A stretch of 63,739 nt of DNA, counting the filler, from Neolecta irregularis DAH-3 (lineage: Eukaryota): NCBI GenBank assembly GCA_001929475.1. It is 13 parts of 13 records of this genome, joined end to end, with 100 filler letters (N's around TTAATTAATTAA, not from the genome) between each part and the next. Parts side by side here need not be neighbours in the genome. Positions count along the whole stretch, not along the records: positions 1 to 4,720 come from LXFE01000348.1; positions 4,821 to 6,648 come from LXFE01003267.1; positions 6,749 to 16,449 come from LXFE01000349.1; 10 more parts are not named here. One strand, given 5' to 3'. The first letter of the stretch is position 1. Each line of letters begins with the position of its first letter. Positions 1-12,755 of this stretch are shown here, piece by piece. The notes below the pieces were generated by a model. The model was not told the DNA's origin, searched no databases, and worked only from the letters and a program-made list of their open reading frames with translations. A program made the translations under genes and the position numbers.

Positions 1-1013
1 AAAAAAGTGAATTGAGCCAATCAATCAAGGACTTTTACTAAAAAAACGTCCTGAATAATGGTTAGATGTTACACTTGGCGAGATGCTTGATATAGCAGAG
101 AAGATTCGTGAATTCAAGTTTGTCAAGAGAGGGACAGCAACAATGGGCTGCCGTCACTGGAAGTTAGTATTATATACAATATTAAAATTTACATGTGCTA
201 ATGATGTGACCTAGACTCATCTTTCATCACCTTCTTGTGGAGGCAGGATTGGTAGAACCTATCAATGATGATTTCCTAGGCGACCTAGTAGGTATTCTAA
301 CCAACCGCTTTTCTCCAGTAGAAGTGACAGGTGACTCAATTAGCACAGAAGTCTTGGTTCATGTGCACCACAAGGCCATTGAGAAGGGTATCTTTGGTCC
401 AGACATCATTCTACCTGACTTTCCATCATCTATATTCGCCAACTGATCATAGCAATTTGGCAGCTTAGCCTCGCACCATGGATGAGGGAGTCTTGGGAGA
501 TTAGGTTCACAGATGTTTGTTAGGGTGAGTTTGGTGCACGCTAAATTTCATAAAATGTCGCTATTAACAAATTGTAATTTCAGGCGCATGTTTGGTGCTT
601 AGGGTTAGCTTATTAGCCTAACCCTAACCCTTTTTGGAGTATTATGCCGAACTTAGTCCCGAACAAATTAAACGGACAATCATTTTCTTCCATAGGATTT
701 TCGTAAAACGAGGGCAAGAAGCTCTCATGTTTCGACTCGACTTTTGCGAGCTTTTGTACCGCGTGTCAGAGATAAAGCAGGCTTCCCGAGCAGTAATCCG
801 GCGCGCAAAGAGGTAGAGAAATTTGAACAGCATTATGTGAAGAAACTTGTGGGAAATCTCTCCCACTCTCCCGCCCTGATTACCGAGGTGATCCAAGGTT
901 CTATGAGTTGATTTAACGGTCAGCTTTTATTCTCAAAATCGCGAAGCGATCTCTACTTTCTTCAACACGGGTACGATAGAACAGTCCAATCTAGAGCGCC
1001 AAAGTATGACTTC

Positions 1014-1433
1014 TTGGCGATACATCTAGTAACTCTTAGACATCCCGCAGAACTTGAAGTTCGTCCAAGTGTCCCAGAGGAGCAGCAATTAGCTGTCGCT
1101 ACTGCTGTTCTCATTGATTGCGACAAGAGCGATATTCTTGATTGGCTCAAGGGTGTCTTGTCACAGGCTAAAGCTGAGCGTCTGAACTGGGAGGCTGCTG
1201 CTGCCGCTCAAAAATTACTTGATAATGAGACGTCGGATTTGGATCCGGGAGTACACCTTGTGCAATTGCCACCATTCATTCGTAAGTTGCTTCTTTGGAT
1301 GTTCCCAACATGCAGATATTACGATGAACAGAAGCAATTTATTTTTCAGGATGCGAGGCTTTGTCTATTATTAACTATGCAAGTATCTTCTGAAAGCAAA
1401 TTTCTTCATGTTGCCACTCATGCCTATCAATAG
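1014..1433 (+). CDS. Hypothetical protein (probably an internal or terminal exon of a gene beginning near 630)
   Basis: 139-codon ORF with globular-looking composition; no family recognised. Confidence 0.3.
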   Translation: MAIHLVTLRHPAELEVRPSVPEEQQLAVATAVLIDCDKSDILDWLKGVLSQAKAERLNWEAAAAAQKLLDNETSDLDPGVHLVQLPPFIRKLLLWMFPTCRYYDEQKQFIFQDARLCLLLTMQVSSESKFLHVATHAYQ

Positions 1434-1472
1434 GTTCAAATAGATATCTGATAGCGATTAATGAGAATAACT

Positions 1473-1889
1473 TTATACGGAGTCCGTGGCTAATTTGATT
1501 TGTTTGCAGCGACGGGGTTTTTGGTCCTTGGTGTATATGAGATTGTCTTCTGTACAGAGGTAAAATTCGGTTCTGCCGGCCAGACTTAAATACGTGTATC
1601 CACCATGGGCCGAAGGTCCAGCATTTACGGCGCTCTGTTCTGTCGAGCTAAATGAGATTATGTCTCCATTTATATACGCATGAGCCCCAGGATTCGAATC
1701 GGAGTGCAGATGTCCATTGACAATAAAGTATTTCGCTGAATTCGGTCCAATACACGCCAAGTTCTGCTCTTGATCGACCACAATAAAACAACCTGGGGAT
1801 TGAAACGGTGTGAGGGTAAAATGTTGATGAAAATTCGCTTCGGCAAATACGAAGAAAGCGAGATTCGCAAAGAGCGGGAGCAACTGCAT
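1473..1889 (-). CDS. Small secreted protein (138 aa, 4 Cys), cell-wall/effector-like
   Basis: Starts MQLLPLFANLAFFVFAEA (signal peptide with AxA cleavage site); intronless; C-terminal FYLC...Y...C..I.L pattern as seen in small fungal cell-wall proteins. Confidence 0.65.
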   Translation of the reverse strand: MQLLPLFANLAFFVFAEANFHQHFTLTPFQSPGCFIVVDQEQNLACIGPNSAKYFIVNGHLHSDSNPGAHAYINGDIISFSSTEQSAVNAGPSAHGGYTYLSLAGRTEFYLCTEDNLIYTKDQKPRRCKQIKLATDSV

Positions 1890-2352
1890 TGTGTTTATAG
1901 TCCAAAGGTATAGGAGAGAAGCAACCTTCTCATGCCGGTATTTATGCTTCGAATACCCCACCGCCGGGTAAATCCGAATCCACCTATCCCACTTTACCCA
2001 CCCAACCATATACCCCTGTAGAAAGATGGATTAGGGGTGCTGAAAGGCTGAAAGCTACTAACCTATTACAATTAGCTAGAGTAATCATCATATAGATTTC
2101 CCACTTGATCTTTTAACGTGAGTCTCCAACCCATTGAATCGGGGACTATAATGTAAGCGTTTATGTCTTGGTGGTATAAGGGAACACTGGATGAATGGAC
2201 GATCGAGCAAAGACTGAATGAGGTATATTAACAGGTAGGGCAATGGATACCGTTTCATGGTGTAACGGTTAGTGTTTACCTAAGGGGGAATGTGACAGTT
2301 AAGCCTGATATTGTGGAAGCGGGTGAGTGCATATGAGCATGGTATGAAGAAG

Positions 2353-2470
2353 AGTGTTCCTAATCCACTAGACCATCAGATTGATAGGTCTGGTCGGTCT
2401 AAACCAATTTTAGTCCAGTCTGATCTAGTCTATATAGACTGTCTATTTGGTCTAGTCGATTCGGAACACT
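2353..2470. mobile_element. MITE with 23-bp terminal inverted repeats (hAT-like AGTGTT end)
   Basis: agtgttcctaatccactagacca ... tggtctagtcgattcggaacact (21/23 complementary); related partial copy at about 59441-59522 shares the TIR and ggtctggtcggtctaa. Confidence 0.6.
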
Positions 2471-3015
2471 GTGAAGGATATAAGTAGATTAGCCTAAAAG
2501 CAATGGAACAGGGTAGGAAGTACACTGATTTACTTCAGGGTTAGGGTTAGGATCCCATGTCAAAGGTTGCTCAGATTTGGAGAACTGGCAGAAAGATTAA
2601 TTTGGAGGTTAAATATGGCGGAAAGGAAGGTTTATTGATGGGTGTTGTATGCCAGTTGTGATGGAGTGAATATATGAAAGATGGATATTTGTGGATTCGA
2701 AATAAACAGTATGATAAAGTGACTGATCTGTATATATCGATAATCTGATTAAGCAATGCATCCATCATTGAAAACGAAGCTATCGAGGAGAATATATTAG
2801 CAAGGGTGGGTGAAGCTTCTCTACTCCTTTATGACAGTGTTGCGAGATCACTGTATTACGTTATAAATAGAGACAATCTGTATTACGTTATTGATTAGCA
2901 AGGATGAATTCTCGATTAGCTATGGACGCTATTTGACATACATTCTGAATATTACCTGAGAGGCGAGGCTATGTTGAAAAACAAGGGTCAAGGTGAGAAA
3001 ACTTGTAGTAGGTCA

Positions 3016-3100
3016 AGATGGGAATAATTACAACAGGGCAGATGGGAATAATTACAACAGGGCAGATGGGAATAATTACAACATGGCAGATGGGAATAAT
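3016..3100. repeat. 24-bp minisatellite, about 3.5 copies
   Basis: agatgggaataattacaacagggc repeated. Confidence 0.9.
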
Positions 3101-3271
3101 AGATTTGTAATCAATAATAAACTTATAGGATCCAGATGAGAAGAACTTGGTAAGGATTGTATGCTAGAGGGATCAATTGAAGCTCGCGATAAAATGTGTT
3201 ATTAACCACATGGATTTGCAACCAAGAATACACAGCATGGAACCAAAGCAACAAGAATACAGAGTGATATA

Positions 3272-4634
3272 TTAATCCGAGGCGGAGAATACAGAGGGGT
3301 GGGGGTTAAAGTAGCTCTGACCAAGGGTATAAGACCTGCGCAATCCTGTGTTTTCGAGATGTATGTTCTGTGCGGTTGCCTCATCGTAGGAAGGAGGGGG
3401 CTCGTCGAGGGCTGTTGGCTGGTGGTGTTGGAGGGCGGGGGAGACCAGGATTGGGGAGGGAGGGGCGGGCGGAGGCTGGGCGGGGCGCTGAAGGGGGACG
3501 AGCTGCTGTGGCGGGGTTATTCCGGAGAGGACGCGGAGGTCCATTGTAACAGAGACGGTCTGGAGGTCAGGCGGGGGCGAGAGGGGCAGACCTCTGGCGG
3601 CGAGGATGCGCGGGCGAGCCCGACCTGGATCTCGAGGACGTAGGAGCGGGCGACGCCGCAGGTGGAAAAGGAGGGCGGCAGGGTGTCTGGGAGGACGAGG
3701 TCCTTTGCGAGGACGTGCCTGGGGACGGCGACGGGCGCGGGGGAGGGCGGGAGCGGGTAGTCGATGTTGGGGAGCGCGTAGAGCGGCAGCGAGCGGACGG
3801 ACTTGTGGCGGGCGGTGGCGGAGGAGAGCACGGTGACGCAGTGGACGACCGCGGCGAGGGAGCAGAGGCGGTACGCGGCGAGGCGCGGGCCGTCGACGGC
3901 GAGGTCGAAGAGCAGCGGCTGGGCGGGGACGAGCGCGACGGGGACGCGGGTGCGCACAAGCACGCGCAGCTGGTCGGCGAGCGACTCGTCGACGGGCGTG
4001 CCGGCCGCGCGCATGGCGTTCATGAAGCCGGAGAAGCGGCGCGAGGGCGCGCGGGCGGCAAAGGTGTGGGTCGCGGCGAAGGCGTGGGGCTGCGGGGCGG
4101 GCAGCGGCGGGTCCCACGGGATAAACACAAAGGGCGCGAGGGCGCGCGGGTTGGGCTTGTAGAACTGCGGCAGCTCGACGGTGGCCTTGACGAAGAAGAG
4201 CACCGCCGCGCCGCGCGTGTCGTTGAGGCTCGGCGGCAGCAGCGCGGGCAGCGGCGGGTGGCGGTGCACGGTGGCGCGGCACTGGGCGTAGATGGGCAGC
4301 TTGAACGCGAAGCGCAGGCTCAGGCGGCCGGGCGGCAGGCGGCGCGGCGGCGAGTGCGCCTGCAGCGTGTGGGCGACGAGCAGCACCTCGAGCAGTCAGC
4401 CAGGCGGCCGCGGCGGGCGGTGATGCGTGCCTTGTGCTCTTCGGCGTGGCGGTCGAGCCTGCCGGGGCGCTGCTCGCTTGGCGCCTGGAAGTACGTGCGC
4501 ACGACGCCCTCCAGCTTGGCCACCACAGCGGCGACGTCCTGCGGCTGGCGCAGGTCCAGCACGACGCAGCCGGCAATCTCGTCGAGGCACGAGTACGCCT
4601 GCAGCGGCGCGTCGAGGGCGACGGTCAGCTGCAT
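3272..4634 (-). CDS. Alpha-arrestin (arrestin-N domain, PPxY tail; Art10-like)
   Basis: Exons 4634-4431, 4386-3592 and 3559-3272 join in frame: Y..LDEIAGCVVL, KLEG, EEHK/VLL, FAFKLP, LPPSL, FFVKATVE, FVFIP, LPPSFSTCGVARSY, C-terminal PPPSYDEA. Confidence 0.85.
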
Positions 4635-4720
4635 CTGGCGGACTCGAGCTGCCAGGGTGACCGTCACGAGAGGGTGGACTCTGACCGTCAGCGAGTGACT
4701 CGGTTGCGGTGGGTGGATTG

Positions 4721-4820
4721 NNNNNNNNNNNNNNNNNNNNNNNNNNNNNNNNNNNNNNNNNNNNTTAATTAATTAANNNNNNNNNNNNNNNNNNNNNNNN
4801 NNNNNNNNNNNNNNNNNNNN
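4721..4820. other. Artificial contig linker (44N-TTAATTAATTAA-44N); one of 12
   Basis: Same 100-nt all-frame-stop linker at 4721, 6649, 16450, 23602, 25623, 53666, 54916, 56431, 57648, 58922, 60862 and 62111; 10-N gaps at 45320, 55505 and 61814. Confidence 0.97.
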
Positions 4821-6648
4821 TTCTTCATAACTAGCATTTATTTCCTTTATCTTAGTATCACTTAGGTTTTCCACCTCATACCGCGCAGTCGGTAGGCGTA
4901 TCAAAGTAGGGGAAGGGCGGGCTCAAGTGGGGGAGGTTGCTGGAGATAGCAGGGGCTAGCAGCAGCGTGGGCGGGGGATCAAACGCCAGCAGTGGATCAA
5001 ACACCGGGTCGGGCATGCCTGCCCAGCTGTTGCTCTTGCGGATCTGTGTGGACGGGCAGGCGATGAGCATGCGGTAGGCGTGTAGAAACAGAGCTTTCAC
5101 CTTGGATAGCGACACTGCGAGGTCATCGGGGAGGGCAAGGGGGGTGAACAGGGCAGTGTCTGCCAGGGCGCTCATGATGGGGCGGCCGAGGGGCAGCAGG
5201 CCAGGCATACTGCATGCACTGGGACAGGGTGCAGGAGGCGAGCCGGTGGGGCCGAGGATGACGACGCAACAGGGGAGGGGCAACCAGTGCAGGCAAGCGT
5301 AGGCATGTGCCGTGGCCAAGCCGCTGTATGTGAAGCGAGACCGTCGTCGTCTATGTCAACTAGACCTCGACGACCTCGCGCGCCCACCGACCCCCTCAAC
5401 TACTGCTGTGTATTCCTCCGCTGTTTATTCCTTCTGCACCGCCCCTCCAACCTCCAACACCATCCCTCTGGCTTCCGTCACCACCCCTCCAACCTCCAAC
5501 ACCACCCCTCCGGCTTCCGTCACCACCCCTCCATCCTCCCCCGTCGCCTCCTCAGCCTTTTCGCCCCGCCTGCCATGCCCTTCCCTGACAACTCCATCCC
5601 CTGCTTGTCCTTCCCTGCAGACCAGCCCGGCGTCCTCAACCTGTCCTGGCTCAATCTCTGTGGCGGTGTTTGGAGTCTCACGAATGAAGAAACTCATCAG
5701 TTTATTGACTTTTTATCAAGGCCGTTATTACAATTCCCGAGTTGCTTTATCTTCTTGTTCCAGGTCTTGGGGTGCAGTGAGGCGATGGGGACTTGGTGTG
5801 TACAAAATAGAGATACCTATTTCCTACCTAAGGGCCGGTTTATATACATCATACAATAGAGACCTAAAAAAGATTATTTTTATCTGCCTGGACCGTGAGA
5901 TCCTTTGAACTGTAGCTGGTTCAATCCCATTCTGCGGGCCAGCGCGGACTGAACCGGTGTGAGTGACTGTGTGCACGCGGGGACGCCGGCACGGTCGGGT
6001 GCCAGTGTCTCGATGTGGATTTTGAGCTGCGACCGGCGCACAGCCAGCGACGGTGGCTTGTTCTGGATGGCTAGCATCGCCGCAGCCACGTCTGGCGGCG
6101 GCGCATGAGGAGGCGGCTGCTCCGGGTCGGCCGGTCTGAAGAGTCACTGCCGGAGGGTTGAGGTCCAGTCGCGGGCAGCAAACGGTGGGGGCGACTGGGG
6201 GGAGCGCAGAGAAGGGAAGCGGGAGTGCAGCCGTGGTCATGATACAGCCATAGCGAGACGCATAAGAGAGGCGATGTGGTTGGATGTGAGGGTGGTTGTA
6301 GTCGGCCTTGGAGGCGAAGACGGCAAGCAGGTCGAGGATGTAAAGCAGCAGCTAGCGGTACGCGGTGGGCAGTGCGAGGATGAGGCGGCTGTACTCGAAG
6401 ATGCGGCTGTGGTGGTCGAGCGCAGGGTTGCCCAGCGGGGCACGTATGGCAGCATAGAGATCAGTTGGCACCTGCGGCTCAGGAAGTGGCGTAGGCGGGA
6501 TATCAGTGCGCCTGAGGGACAAGCCCTGCAGCGCAAGGGCGAGGGGGGAGGAAGAATTTATGGTGACGGGGAGCGCGGGAGAGCGCTATGAGGTGGAAAA
6601 CCTAAGTGATACTAAGATAAAGGAAATAAATGCTAGTTATGAAGAAAA
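4821..6648. mobile_element. Contig bounded by perfect inverted repeats of at least 60 bp (putative non-autonomous TIR element with captured DNA)
   Basis: 4821-4880 is the exact reverse complement of 6587-6646; both run into gaps; GC-rich interior with no transposase. Confidence 0.6.
6241..6490 (-). pseudogene. RhoGAP domain fragment (Sac7/Bag7-type) with internal stop and frameshift
   Basis: Manual translation LPEPQVPTDLYAAIRAPL...EYSRLILALPTAYR*LLLYILDLLAVFASKADYNH/(+1)LTSNHIAS matches the RhoGAP C-terminal half (LPEP, LP..R.LLLYILDLL..F, N.MT..N.A). Confidence 0.8.
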
Positions 6649-8402
6649 NNNNNNNNNNNNNNNNNNNNNNNNNNNNNNNNNNNNNNNNNNNNTTAATTAA
6701 TTAANNNNNNNNNNNNNNNNNNNNNNNNNNNNNNNNNNNNNNNNNNNNAAAATCTTCGCCAGTTCCGGGATCTCGGAATGTACCATCAGGTAAGCCCATC
6801 TTTTGAGCATATTCACTACTAGTATGTCATCAAGACTCATGGTCAAAGAGGTTAAATAGCAGAACTCATGTAAAAAACCAACCGTTACTAATGGACATCT
6901 GAGTAACACACAAGAAACCCAATTCATATATATCAGGGAGAATAACACCGGCCTTCTTGAAATGCTTCAATGGTACTGGAGATTGAGATTTTTCTGTCAT
7001 TGTCTTCACAACATCTTATATCTGTAATTCAAGCAACTCTCTTGGACGCAACCCTTAGGATGATCAACTGGACCTGATGAAACCCAAGATAAGATTGTCG
7101 TCATTCACAAATTTGGGTAGAGTGTCAGACGAATCGGACACGGATCTATCTAACTACTTTGTCACAACCCTTACAGATAGCAGATCACGTTGCACGAACG
7201 AAGAAGTGAAAAGGCTGGAATTGCCCTAGATATAGTTTGGTCGGATGGCAGGCAGGCAGATTTCTGGCTTGAGGGATAATACAATATCAATCTGGAAGAG
7301 GAAAGGGGGATTGAGATCTTGTGGATGAGACATGTTAGTGTACGCCACCGAAACAACAAGCCAATTCATACAAAACAATGAAGTGTAGTCACCGTCCGCA
7401 CTGTTTACCATTTCCGGGATGGTACTTGCTTGTCCCCAACCTCAAATACACCATCACCAGATCCATTATCTTCTCCTGGTCCCAATTAGCGTATGAGATA
7501 CCTGTCAGTATATCAATGCCTAACTGCTAGACACTTTTGGCAAGCAATATCGCACTTTCGTCCCTATTTTTGAGGATTTCAAGGCCGCTCGTGTCTCTCC
7601 ATCTTGCAGTTAGTCTATTATTATTCAGTTCAGCAATTGTTCACGGTGTAATTCGCAGGCTGTGGAGTCAGATATTCACTATTGTTTGCGGATTCGGTTA
7701 CCTTGTCGTAGGAGCCAACCTATCTGGATATCTATTTGTAAAAAATGGAGAGCAATTAAGGCTTGTTATTCCATTTTATGCAACGTACCTCCTCATTCTT
7801 CCCATTCTGGTGCTTTCTCAGTGCATCTGTTAATTTACTGATCGAATAGCCAATCTACATGCATATAACTCCGCCTATATCGTCTTCTGCCAGTCATAAG
7901 ACCCTCTTATCCAATACTACATCCCGAGTTCTCGACCCTTGGGACTGGGAAGCCGGCAGTATCATTAGAGAACGGGTGAACGCCAGCCTCGCAATTATCA
8001 CGAGAAGCTGTACTGACGGCACGATTGTGACACTCGGAACGCTTCGGGAAGACAAGGAAGAGGATGGGTATGATGCTTGCATGTAATCTAAATGGGGGTT
8101 CGCCTCCTGGGGCTGGTGCTTAGGCTTGTTTATGGGATTTCATATATCACAAAATTGTGTAATAGGGAGGGGCTCATGCTAATTAGGTTGAGCATTGTAT
8201 AACAATCATGCGGTTAATATCAACGCGATAAAGTAATATCAACGCATAAAGTTGATTGGAATGTACAAACCAACAAACTGGCTGTGAAAGAGTGGAGTTA
8301 TAATACTGCCGTTAATTAAAATGAACTGATTTTGCTAATGAAATTTGGTGACAACAGGCCAAAGACAGTCCGCTCTCCACCAACATCGCAAATACCCTAG
8401 AG

Positions 8403-8631
8403 ATGGTATGTGTGACTTTTGGCCTTATTTCTCAATCCCAAGGCGTCTAACAAGTCATTCCGAACAAAACAGAAGATTGGCAAAGCGCTGAAGCAAAATC
8501 GACCTATTCCGTCGTGGATCCGTATGAGAACGAATAACACCATTCGGTACATGTCATGAGCAGAAAATAACTAAGGAATTAGATACAACGCCAAACGTCG
8601 GCACTGGAGAAGGACCAAGTTGAATATATAG
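8403..8631 (+). CDS. RPL39: 60S ribosomal protein eL39
   Basis: Exons 8403-8405, 8443-8546 and 8583-8631 give the 51-aa [51 protein letters not shown]; absent from the ORF track. Confidence 0.98.
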
Positions 8632-9029
8632 GTCGTGTATCATGGCATATCATGTTCATAAAACGAGCTTTCACAAACTGTTGCCGATCATCATTATCTT
8701 GATAGGAGTCTCAACAACGCGTTTCCTTTGAGGGCATTTATCGCTTTCAACTACGGACTATTTTCTCATATCTAATTCTCAATCCTACTTGAATGCCAGC
8801 TTTACCTCCACCAGAAACCTTTACCTATGTTGTTTTTACTTGTCTATTTGCAGGGCTCTGACTGAGATATCTAATGACAAAGTAAGGCGCACCCGGATAT
8901 TTTGTAGGTTGCTCGGACATCACTGAGATTTAGTTGTACAATCGATTTACAAAACTACCTACTTACAACTGCCAAAAATACTTCTAGTCAAAATGCCCAA
9001 TCTATAACCATGAAATGAAAGTTTGATCC

Positions 9030-12000
9030 TTAAATATGTTTCCCTGCTTTAATTCGTTCGAGCAATTTCTTTGCCTCATCGTCGTTCTTTCCTTGAACCA
9101 TCCATGTAACAATACGACTGCCATTCATGACACTCAACATTACACCGGTCTTGCCGACTCTTTCACACGCTGTTTCTCTCAACGATGCGTCGATGATGGT
9201 CACACTTTTATTGTTTTGTTTCTTCCCAGTTACAATTATTAGATGCGATGCCTTTGCTTCGGACGTTCCGTGAAACTGTAGCCTTGCAGTACCGAGCGTT
9301 TTCCACATACCCGCATCTATTCTTAAAAATATCTTTATTTTTTCTTCCGATAGCATGACTGCAGAGGATGATAGTGCTGGTAGAGATTGCTGATTGACAA
9401 AACTGGGAACGGTGACATTTGTGGAAGCAGTCGAATAACTCGCCAGCGAGGAGCTACTTCCAAAACTCAACTTCCTTGGAGCAGCAGTCCATGACATCGG
9501 AGGCTGACTTTCAAGCGGCATGGGAGTCAACGCGAGTTTTGTCATATTTAAAGACTGAAGAAGGAGATCTGCTTCTTTCGAAGTGCCTGCTCGAAAGAGG
9601 TAGAGTTCTTTATTTGAGCCGATATCACAGCCTACATGGATCAATACCCAGGTTCTATACGGAGTAGAGCATAACATACCTATACTCACGCTAGTCAAGT
9701 CTACTCGCTTGACAGAATTGGTTGGTAGCATATCCGCGTTGACTAGCATGTCTCCTGTATCAATGTGCATTACTTGCATCACACCATGACCAACATCGTG
9801 TCGAATTGTAACTGCGGTACTTCCGCTCACGAGCCGCCGCCAATCTCCTTCTCTCCAGAAGAATGCAACTGCTGCAATAAAGCATAGTGTCTGACAAGCT
9901 TGTCTACTTCGACTATTTTCACTTTTTATTCCCTGTTTTCTTTCAGATTCTGATGGTGCTATATTCTTTCGGTTTGGTGATCCAGAGGTGCGCGATCTTG
10001 GAACGGAAGGCCTTTCAAGAGCGGAATGTGGGAGAGAACGCGACGAGTCGCTAGATAATAACGACTTCAAGCCAAATTCCAACAAAGGCAGTTGAGGGGG
10101 CTCGGAAGGGGAAATATGAGGAAGTAAAGACGGAGGAGCGAGTCGGCTACGATCCGGAGAAGGTGCTCTGCGCGTAGGATATCTAGAAGGTTCGAGTCGA
10201 GGAGATGAAAAATCGACAGGCTCTCCAGGTTGCAATGGTTTGACTGTTCCTCTGTTTGGTGTTCGGTGTGGCGGTCTCGGAAAAGTACTCGATTTTGGAG
10301 TTGTTGAAAGTTCTTCCACAGTATCGGGCGGTATCCGAAGATTGTCTTTATGTTCAGTAACAGCATTCTTGCAGCATTCGCGAATATGAACAACCCATGT
10401 CTCAACTGGACTTTCTGAGCTAAACTCTATCCTCTGTTTCCCAGAGATGAGCAGTTCAAAGACTTTTGCCGTTTCATTTTGCGTGGAGACACAAATGTTG
10501 GCCCCAAGAATTGGACTGAACATCAGATATCGCTGGTGTGATTCCCGGTTGACGATTAGTATTGAATCATGCAAGACTACAATTTCGACTGGTGATTGAA
10601 GGACTCGACCGGTTGACACATGGACCATACTCATACGAAATTTGGCCATTGATTTTATACTCTTATCAGCCAAAGACTTCTTCAAGTCAGAAGTCTATGT
10701 TTCATAAGCATTGACTGGTGCATAACCGACGTACCGTAGGTGCCAATGAACCCAATTCACAAGCCTTTGATGTGTCAAGAGTAGATAACTCTGGGAAATC
10801 ATTGACTCTTTCCTTTTCTGCAGTGATTTTATCTCTTGCAAGATGTACTAGCTGCCTAAACAGTTCGTAGAGTGGGTGATCCGGGCAAACACTCTGGCTA
10901 TCAAAAGATTTCATTAGGATGATTGATACCTTGCAAAGGCGAGTATAATAGCGCATTCTTACCAATGGGCGCTTGAAGAGCCAGTCTAACGGTCCAAGCC
11001 GAGAAGGTGCCAACGACACGCCCATAAGAATACGGTTGATTCTAGCGCGCACCTCAACGTTCTTGGAGTCATACACTAGGTCGACACCGAAACCGTACAA
11101 GTCGATATACGAGTGGTAGGACTCCCGGAATTCCTTGCCCTTAAAGATTAGTGCTTTTACTCGGATTTTCTTTAATAAAGAATACCCAACTATGAAGAAA
11201 TTGTACAATCTCATTATCCGGTGTTACTTCGAGTTTCTTCAGGTAAGTTCGGATCAGCTATTCTAGGTTGAACCTTCTCCAATTTGATATGGATGTCCAA
11301 AAGCTGACAAACTGCCTGAAGAATCGGAAGATCCAGTTCTAATGCAACAATCTTGCAGAAAACAAGGTGATCAACGAATGTCTTTTCTGTTTCTCGTAGA
11401 TCTTTGAAAGACTGGACATCTGGAAAATTATCTAACCGTGATAAGAGATCGAGGTGGGAAAATGTCCAAGTTGGCCCGGAACACTTTTAATTAAGCCAGG
11501 TAGATGATAGACTTGATACACTTGATAGCGTTTGTGATGAACCCGGGGATCCCTTGTCGTTAGATGTCAATCCATGAACAACAGTTACAAGATCAAGCTG
11601 TGTCAACGAAGAAATCGGAACGGCAAGTTTGCGCTACATGGTTAAACCAATACATTTGACTTGTAAGCACATACCGTCCTGATCATCCCATGATGTTCAG
11701 CACCCATTGACACTAGTGATAACCTCTTCCAGATCGGATAAGAAAGAGTAGATTTGGAGTTTTCTGCCGAGTATCCAGGTTGGACAGAGGCTGGGTGTAA
11801 CGCGTTTTCTTTCGGGACATTCTGGACGCGCAACGCCAGGCATTTCTCGCGATTTGGCGCGTCGACGCAACTAAGTTGACTCAGAATGCCCGAAATGCTG
11901 CTGCGTTCTCTTTTTATTGAAGACATTCGCTGGATAAGTTACACATGGTCAAATTCATAAAGTGAAATGATATAATTCAGAAACTCGATTTGAAATTTCT

Positions 12001-12050
12001 TGTCAGTAACAATAGAGACATCCGTGGGATGAATTGCCATGAAAACAACA
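9030..12050 (-). CDS. Gef2/Nod1-like protein (degenerate DH domain plus PH-like domains); 5' end approximate
   Basis: LDWLFKRPLVRMRYY resembles the DH C-terminal helix; PH-like segments in the 551-aa ORF (W..LG..RL, CERVGKTGV, WMVQ.K...EA). Confidence 0.5.
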
Positions 12051-12383
12051 ACCATTATTGGTAACGAACGAAAATAATTAACCAAAGATTGCCCAGTTTT
12101 GCATAGTAAATTTCTTGTCGAAATTTCGAGAGGTTGACAAAACGTAGGTTGGTTAAAAAAACGCTTTTTGGATTTTTGAGTTGGACAGATAGAGCATATC
12201 CTGCTCCAGCTACAGGGAGCAACTAAAGTCAGACTTGCTTGAATGGACTTGGTAAGTACTATATTTGTGGGACGCAACAGATTTTCATCCCCCTGACCAC
12301 CTTCCTTTTAAAAATGCCTTTTCCTGCTCCGTCCTGCCAAAAGCCTAGGGTTTACGCACACGCATCAGCTACTTTTCTGTTGA

Positions 12384-12755
12384 ATGGAAGAAGGCGAAAT
12401 TATCAAGATGATACGACGCATTCTGTACAAGGCACCACTTGACCACTCAATGGTTTACGCACACGCAGTAGCTACTTTTCCGTTGTACAAATACCAATCA
12501 GCAACACCGGAAACGTTAGACGTGGATGGCTTTAGAAAGGAAATGTCAAAGATATCAGGGATAAGCCAGGCGTTCGAGCTTCTGAACAACCATTGGGTGG
12601 TTCTGAAATGGAATTTTGAAAAGGATATGGGCACAAATTATTTCACGGTTGCCTCAACTAAAGCCTTGGAACAGAGTGTCCTTGATATTCCCGCCTTCAA
12701 TAATTATTTGAATACAATTTCAACAGAACTCGGAATAGCCCAGCCACAGCAATAA
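12384..12755 (+). CDS. Hypothetical protein, 123 aa
   Basis: Uninterrupted ORF, no recognisable motif. Confidence 0.35.
   Translation: MEEGEIIKMIRRILYKAPLDHSMVYAHAVATFPLYKYQSATPETLDVDGFRKEMSKISGISQAFELLNNHWVVLKWNFEKDMGTNYFTVASTKALEQSVLDIPAFNNYLNTISTELGIAQPQQ

Noticed and set aside
3272-4698. Many long overlapping ORFs on both strands (also 22535-23425, 44593-45814, 58406-58915)
   Set aside because: Shadow ORFs caused by stop-codon scarcity in GC-rich DNA; the real genes are explained by spliced frames.
4765-4776. Recurring palindrome TTAATTAATTAA
   Set aside because: Always centred in 100-nt N runs; an assembly linker, not biological.
6749-8082. Possible multi-exon minus-strand gene
   Set aside because: Coding-like pieces are present, but I could not build a consistent model or recognise a family.
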